A DNA stretch of 19,055 nt. Source: Candidatus Thorarchaeota archaeon (GTDB lineage Archaea > Asgardarchaeota > Thorarchaeia > Thorarchaeales > Thorarchaeaceae). Below are positions 13,926 through 19,055 of this stretch, piece after piece. Under the pieces are notes generated by a model. It was not told the origin of the DNA. It made no database searches and saw only the letters and a program-made list of their open reading frames with translations. Every line of letters begins with the position of its first letter. Position 1 is the first letter of the stretch. The stretch lies in NCBI GenBank assembly GCA_048882385.1, contig JBHLRQ010000059.1, forward strand, positions 1-19,055, read 5' to 3'. The translations under genes were made by a program, and so were the position numbers.

Positions 13926-16900
13926 TCAGAGAATAGGAGGAGGAGGAAGTCCCTTCTCAGCGACAATGAGGAATCCGTTATCAATCGCTTCAAGCACCAT
14001 CATGTGAGCTTTGCGTTCAGAGAAACCAAGCAAGATGACTGATTTGATTATTGATTCAGGAGATACTCCGTGATCTATATGCATACCCTTCATGGCTTGA
14101 GCTACAGGAGAGAGATGGCTTGGAAGGGTTTTTGTAACACCCACATATTTTTTCAAGAGCGCTCCATCGAAATGTTTCTCAAATATTGGATTGAACAATT
14201 CATTCATCGAGTCAATGCGTTTTGGAGTTTGAAGTACTTGTTTGGTCGCATCTTCATCATGGTCAAAGAATCCTCCAATTTCCATACCAAATGATTCAAG
14301 CTGATGCTTCTGAGTTTCTGATGCACTTTCTACTGTTATGAGTGCACAAATGAAAGATTCAGTCTGCAGAGCCATGATCATTTCAGTTATTGGTATGACG
14401 GTCCATTTTGGTTCATCCATTGAAAACTCGGTTCTGAATTGAGAGATTGCAGATATCAACGAACTCAATATAGTTTCTTGAAATCCTCCCTTGAGAATCC
14501 GGGAATATACAGGAAGACCCACCGAACTATGAATAACAAGTACACCTATCAAATTCTTTGTGTCATCAATTCTATTTGCTAGTGAAAGAAGTTCCAGATT
14601 CCAACGAGCTGTTGTGGACATATAGAAACGACGAATTGCTGTTACTCCTACAACGAGTGAGAAAACAGCTAGAGCTCCTAGTATACTTGCCCTGACAGCA
14701 ACAGCGAACATAGGTTCGGACGATGGAACTAATATATTGATGATGATTTCATTTGCATCAAAGAATGATAAACTGACACTCACAACCATTGTGAAAGTCC
14801 CAGTTCCAATCATTGAAGAATTGAAATCTGCTTCAAACCAACCTCTCGCAAGGTTTGGATTGAAAACAACGTCCTCGGTAGACCAATTGCCAACAACATT
14901 TGCTCCATCCAGAATAGGATTGCCATTATCTTGGTCATAAACGTAAATTGCAGCAGTGAATTGCTCACCAAGTTCAACCTCGATATTTGGCGTATGAGCA
15001 ATAATGTTCAGTCTGTGTCTGACTTCAAATGCCGAATTGCCAAAGGCAACCTCACTACCATTTGACCAAACAACACTAACCATCCATATACCTGGAGTTG
15101 AATTGCTGGGTCCAAGCGTGATTCCGGAACTTACCACAACTGAGCTATTCACATTTTCAATCTCTTCAGTTGACACGATGATTCCTGAAGAATCATACCA
15201 AAGCAGTTCAAGATTGTCTACCGTTGCAAGATAAGCATCATCGGTACCAAGATTGACCTCACACCGAATCAAATCGCCATTCCTAAAGATTGATTCATCT
15301 TGCCAAATTGAACCGGATTCTCCAATCTGAGTTGAGATTGATTTTGCATAGTTCGGGCTCTCAAGAGTAATACTCCACCAACCTACTGAATCAACCACAC
15401 CTGAAGGAACCTCAATAAAATATGAATTAACTATCGACTGATCCGTTACATCAAAACCAAATGGATCAGCGATAGATGCATTCTCCCAATCAGATGGAAA
15501 ATAAACTTTGAAACCAAGATCTTTCACATCTTGATATGATTGGATGTATGTGTAGAGTGAGAGTGCAATACTATCACCAAACTGAGCGGAAAAAGCAACA
15601 CCAAGTTCCTCAAGGCCAGTATTTGAGGAGGATTTACACAATTTGGTCATCCTACTGACTCTCGCAGAGTACTCGAATGATACACTTGTATTGGTGGAGA
15701 ATGTGAAAGGTATTGTAGTAGTATTCCAGTAATTGAAGTCAGCATAAATTGAACTAGTCCCATATTGACCAACCAAAGGAATTGATCCAAGTGGTTGTAG
15801 GCCAACTTCTAGTTGAGTGTCTTCGCACGCAAGAGTTTCCGCACCAACTAGTGAAAGGTCATCAATCATGAATGTGATGAATTCGCCATTAGCTGAATCC
15901 CCATCAAGATCGGGATCATTTTCAGGAATATCAATTGAGGAACCAGGAGTTAGAACCTTCAAGCTCAACCTAGCATCGAATGTAGAAGGAGCCTCAGGTA
16001 TTGTGACTGATAGGGGACCTATAGAATACCAGACACCTCTTTGTGTTATATTGGTAGGATCAATGGACCAATTCCAAAGAACAGCGGACCCATCAAGTAT
16101 CTCGAAAGAAAACTCAAAGATGTCGCTGAAATTCTGTCCAATCGGTCCTCTCTGATACAGGTAACTGATACCAAAATCAAACTCTTCGATAGATTGACTA
16201 TTGTCTATTGTCTGATACCAGTATATTCTGGTGCCATTATAATGACGATAATCAATCGGGTCTCCAACTGCAAACCCTTCATTTTCTAGAGTGATGTACT
16301 TCAGGCCAGTATCGACATAGGATGAACGTTGCCTTCCGTTTGTATACGGATAGCTATAGGAAAAAAGTTCACGGCGCGTGTTCCATCCAGTTGGAGCGTA
16401 GGCTCCATCACCAGACCAGTCAACATTGACACCTGGAATTCCAGTTTCAAAGGACCCATATTGAGCGTAGAGTCTTCTCAGATCTCGAACATTCACTTCT
16501 ATCTCTTCGGCTCGCCACTCCTCACCTCCTATATATACATCATGACTATAGGATGTGTCATCAATGGCTACTAGATTAGCACTCCCCGCAGAGTCTTCCA
16601 GATCATCCTCAAACATGTAATAATGAGATAAACCTGGTTCGGTCCCCGACAGAGTGATGTTGTAATCCCCTATTACATCCTCAAGATTTCTTTGTACTGT
16701 ATAATATCTGAATTCATCAACATGACCATCTACTCTGCCTAGTGAATATGCTCTCGAATTCATGATATCGTTCTCAGTATGATAACCAGAGAGTGTACCG
16801 GTCCAACTCAAAGTGGAGGAATCCTCGACAGGCTCATGATTCTCATCACCCCAATAGAAACTGATGGAGTTCAAATCCTCGTCCCATGTAATTGCTATGA

Positions 16901-17438
16901 AATACCAATGGTTCGGAATCCAATCAGATTTGGTCCCCTGAAATGTGTTGTCAGACCCCCAATCAACCATCAATCTATCACTTGACCATCGTGTTTCGAA
17001 GTCTTGGTCTTGTCCCCAGAAACGACCATGTGGAGCAGATATATCCCATTTCAGCCAGAGAGATATGGTTCCAGCTGGAGAACCAAAATCAGCAGAACCC
17101 CCTGCACCCACTAAGAAGTATCCTCCGTCACAATCAGCAGAGAAGGAATTACCTGGACTGCCTAGAGGTAACCAGGCTTCGGAACCTAGAGAGGGTGCGA
17201 CATCTGTTCGACCAACTATGTACTCAGATGTCCCTGCCATTGAACCAATATGTTCGATATCGACTGGGTCTAAAGTGCCAATATATGTGTCAGAACTAAT
17301 TAGTTCGTGCGAGATGGATGGGACATCCGCCACCGACAGTGAATAATGAATATCAGAAGATTGTGTGCCAAAAATCATGGGTAATGGAATCCAGACTAAC
17401 AGCATACATAGTAGAATGACTGTCCATCTTCTCTCCAA
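13926..17438 (-). CDS. Single-pass surface protein (1170 aa): signal peptide, LamG/concanavalin A-like domain, beta-rich ectodomain, TM helix, cytoplasmic longin-like domain
   Basis: TTG start preceded by GGAGG and a hydrophobic N-terminus. LamG motifs GTISLWLKW, WYFIAITWD, GHVDEFRYY, LSHYYMFED. TM ASILGALAVFSLVVGVTAI followed by RR. Cytoplasmic LIGVLVIHSSVGLPVYS...ILSSLISAISQFRTEF...FICALIT resembles the Asgard longin/roadblock-type pattern. Domain calls are from motif recognition, not an HMM search. Confidence 0.88.
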   Translation of the reverse strand: MERRWTVILLCMLLVWIPLPMIFGTQSSDIHYSLSVADVPSISHELISSDTYIGTLDPVDIEHIGSMAGTSEYIVGRTDVAPSLGSEAWLPLGSPGNSFSADCDGGYFLVGAGGSADFGSPAGTISLWLKWDISAPHGRFWGQDQDFETRWSSDRLMVDWGSDNTFQGTKSDWIPNHWYFIAITWDEDLNSISFYWGDENHEPVEDSSTLSWTGTLSGYHTENDIMNSRAYSLGRVDGHVDEFRYYTVQRNLEDVIGDYNITLSGTEPGLSHYYMFEDDLEDSAGSANLVAIDDTSYSHDVYIGGEEWRAEEIEVNVRDLRRLYAQYGSFETGIPGVNVDWSGDGAYAPTGWNTRRELFSYSYPYTNGRQRSSYVDTGLKYITLENEGFAVGDPIDYRHYNGTRIYWYQTIDNSQSIEEFDFGISYLYQRGPIGQNFSDIFEFSFEILDGSAVLWNWSIDPTNITQRGVWYSIGPLSVTIPEAPSTFDARLSLKVLTPGSSIDIPENDPDLDGDSANGEFITFMIDDLSLVGAETLACEDTQLEVGLQPLGSIPLVGQYGTSSIYADFNYWNTTTIPFTFSTNTSVSFEYSARVSRMTKLCKSSSNTGLEELGVAFSAQFGDSIALSLYTYIQSYQDVKDLGFKVYFPSDWENASIADPFGFDVTDQSIVNSYFIEVPSGVVDSVGWWSITLESPNYAKSISTQIGESGSIWQDESIFRNGDLIRCEVNLGTDDAYLATVDNLELLWYDSSGIIVSTEEIENVNSSVVVSSGITLGPSNSTPGIWMVSVVWSNGSEVAFGNSAFEVRHRLNIIAHTPNIEVELGEQFTAAIYVYDQDNGNPILDGANVVGNWSTEDVVFNPNLARGWFEADFNSSMIGTGTFTMVVSVSLSFFDANEIIINILVPSSEPMFAVAVRASILGALAVFSLVVGVTAIRRFYMSTTARWNLELLSLANRIDDTKNLIGVLVIHSSVGLPVYSRILKGGFQETILSSLISAISQFRTEFSMDEPKWTVIPITEMIMALQTESFICALITVESASETQKHQLESFGMEIGGFFDHDEDATKQVLQTPKRIDSMNELFNPIFEKHFDGALLKKYVGVTKTLPSHLSPVAQAMKGMHIDHGVSPESIIKSVILLGFSERKAHMMVLEAIDNGFLIVAEKGLPPPPIL

Positions 17439-17472
17439 TACCTGGCCTCCAGTGATGCATTTGTGGAATTCT

Positions 17473-17484
17473 ACTCTCGAGAGT
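17473..17484. promoter_or_regulatory. Perfect 12-bp palindrome ACTCTCGAGAGT upstream of the 1170-aa gene; possible operator
   Basis: Lies ~35 nt upstream of the TTG start and downstream of an AT-rich minus-strand TTAAGATATA element (~17523-17514). Confidence 0.35.
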
Positions 17485-17602
17485 GTAGACTTGGGTGTCA
17501 GAGTATTATTCAGTATATCTTAATTGACTGGCTAACGTATTTCAGCTATTGGTGTCTTAACTTGGACATGATATGTGGAGAGGTTTACTAGATGGAGCTG
17601 AT

Positions 17603-19054
17603 TTAAATGAGACCAACTTTCTCATTGAAATCAGTAATCAATGTATCAATTTTAGGAGTCATCCCTTGGATGTTCTCCCAGTATCTTGGATAATCATACC
17701 ACTGTGCATTCAACTCGTCCAGTTCAAAACCCTGTTGCTCAATCCAAGTGAAATACTTGAGATGATGGATTCGCTTTCTATCATAGTGACCAAGCTCAAT
17801 CATAGCATCAGTCTTCTGTCCCAATAGATGAAGATGGTAATCCTTGATGGAGTCCTTCTCAGTATACTTGCCATGAGCTTCTCGAGCTTCAGCTATTCTT
17901 GATTGATACATATCCATAGAGTCGGTGAATATCGTTAGGATGACATCATTCTTTGTGAGTTCAAAGTATTTCGCAAATTTGATTGACATCAGAAGATTCG
18001 CTATACTTGATATTCCTAATAGACCAAGCTGAGATACAATCTTTTCAGGAGCACCAATCTCATTAATCAGGTAATTCCGACCTGCCTCTTCATTGAAAAG
18101 TCGAATCAAATTCATTGAATCATTATCATCGATTGCAATGATCATGTCAGTGTTTCGTACATTATGGATCCAAGGCACATGCTTGTCACCAATTCCCTCA
18201 ATGCGATGAGCACCGTAGCCATTCAACCATAGGGTTGGACATTGGACAGCTTCCCCGGCTGCTATTTTCGATGAGGGGTAGATTTGCTTCATGTAGTCTC
18301 CAGAACCAATTGTTCCAGCAGAACCAGTTGTCAGACACAATCCCCGGTAGGTATCAGTTCCTAGTTCCTTTTCTAGGACTTCCTCCATCGCATGACCAGT
18401 GATATCATAGTGCCATAGATAGTTGCCAAACTCGGCAAACTGATTGAAGATGAATACATCTTCGCGAGTCCTTCTAAGCTCCCAGACTTTGTCGTAGATT
18501 TCCTTGACATTGCTCTCACTGCCCGGAGTTTTGATGATTTCACCACTGACAGTCGACAGCCAATCAAAACGCTCCTGTGACATCTCTTCAGGTAGTATTG
18601 CAATGCTTTCACAAGCGAGAAGGGAGGAGTCATATGCTCCACCTCGACAATAGTTTCCTGTTGAGGGCCAGACTGCCTTATCTTTTGTAGGATCAAATTG
18701 ACCTGTTACGAGTGGTGGAACAAGACATCCAAAAGCTGCACCAACTTTGTGAGCTCCTGTGGGAAACCACTTCCCGACTAGAGCTATAATACGAGCTTCA
18801 ACTCCAGTCAGTTCAGAAGGAATTTCCATGTAGTTAGCAAGTTGCTGGAATTGACCACCTTTGTCAACTGGCTTATTCTTCCATGTGATTCGGAATAGAT
18901 TCTGAGGAACAACATCCCAGAGTTCAATATTCCTCAATTCGTCCTTGATCCTTTGTGGAGTCTTGGATGGATCTCTCATCTGTTCAAAAGTGGGAATTAC
19001 GATATTCCTTTCACGGCACCGTTCCACAGTTCTCTCAAGTTGGGTCTCATTCAT
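17603..19054 (-). CDS. PLP-dependent enzyme, fold type II (cysteine synthase/threonine synthase/tryptophan synthase beta superfamily); possibly 5'-truncated by the window edge
   Basis: Schiff-base lysine motif KWFPTGAHKVGA, substrate loop PSTGNY, phosphate loop TTGSAGT, and IEGIG. The ATG is at the window edge, so the real start may lie further upstream. Specific reaction not assignable. Confidence 0.88.
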   Translation of the reverse strand: MNETQLERTVERCRERNIVIPTFEQMRDPSKTPQRIKDELRNIELWDVVPQNLFRITWKNKPVDKGGQFQQLANYMEIPSELTGVEARIIALVGKWFPTGAHKVGAAFGCLVPPLVTGQFDPTKDKAVWPSTGNYCRGGAYDSSLLACESIAILPEEMSQERFDWLSTVSGEIIKTPGSESNVKEIYDKVWELRRTREDVFIFNQFAEFGNYLWHYDITGHAMEEVLEKELGTDTYRGLCLTTGSAGTIGSGDYMKQIYPSSKIAAGEAVQCPTLWLNGYGAHRIEGIGDKHVPWIHNVRNTDMIIAIDDNDSMNLIRLFNEEAGRNYLINEIGAPEKIVSQLGLLGISSIANLLMSIKFAKYFELTKNDVILTIFTDSMDMYQSRIAEAREAHGKYTEKDSIKDYHLHLLGQKTDAMIELGHYDRKRIHHLKYFTWIEQQGFELDELNAQWYDYPRYWENIQGMTPKIDTLITDFNEKVGLI

Positions 19055-19055
19055 T

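Noticed and set aside
13865-13993. N-terminal extension of the LRR ORF overlapping the 1170-aa gene by 68 nt
   Set aside because: A long same-strand overlap from a TTG start is unlikely. Better starts with TATA-like and SD-like signals lie downstream of the upstream stop.
762-18696. Numerous 60-150 aa antisense or alternate-frame ORFs in the track (e.g. 11224-11673, 16945-17346, 7842-8111, 17573-17827)
   Set aside because: All lie within or largely overlap well-supported long genes and show no recognisable motifs. They are most likely shadow ORFs.

Overview
Archaeal chromosomal window. By inference from protein style (not from marker genes) it most likely comes from an Asgard archaeon, probably Thorarchaeia. 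It is dominated by cell-surface genes. There are three paralogous single-pass or secreted proteins sharing an N-terminal head module: a partial gene at the left edge that the ORF track missed, a 2564-aa protein with about 17 Ig-like stalk repeats and a helical cytoplasmic tail, and a 1170-aa protein with an inserted LamG domain and a cytoplasmic longin-like domain. A membrane-anchored metzincin metalloprotease lies directly upstream of the giant gene. Also present are a stand-alone NDP-forming acyl-CoA synthetase alpha subunit, a small Zn-finger/2-TM protein, an LRR protein and a PLP-dependent fold-type II enzyme at the right edge. The best non-coding signal is a ~118-nt, highly base-paired candidate ncRNA at 10419-10537, with a TATA-like box upstream and a pyrimidine-rich tail, which I cannot assign to a known family. 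No CRISPR array, tRNA, rRNA or mobile element was seen.
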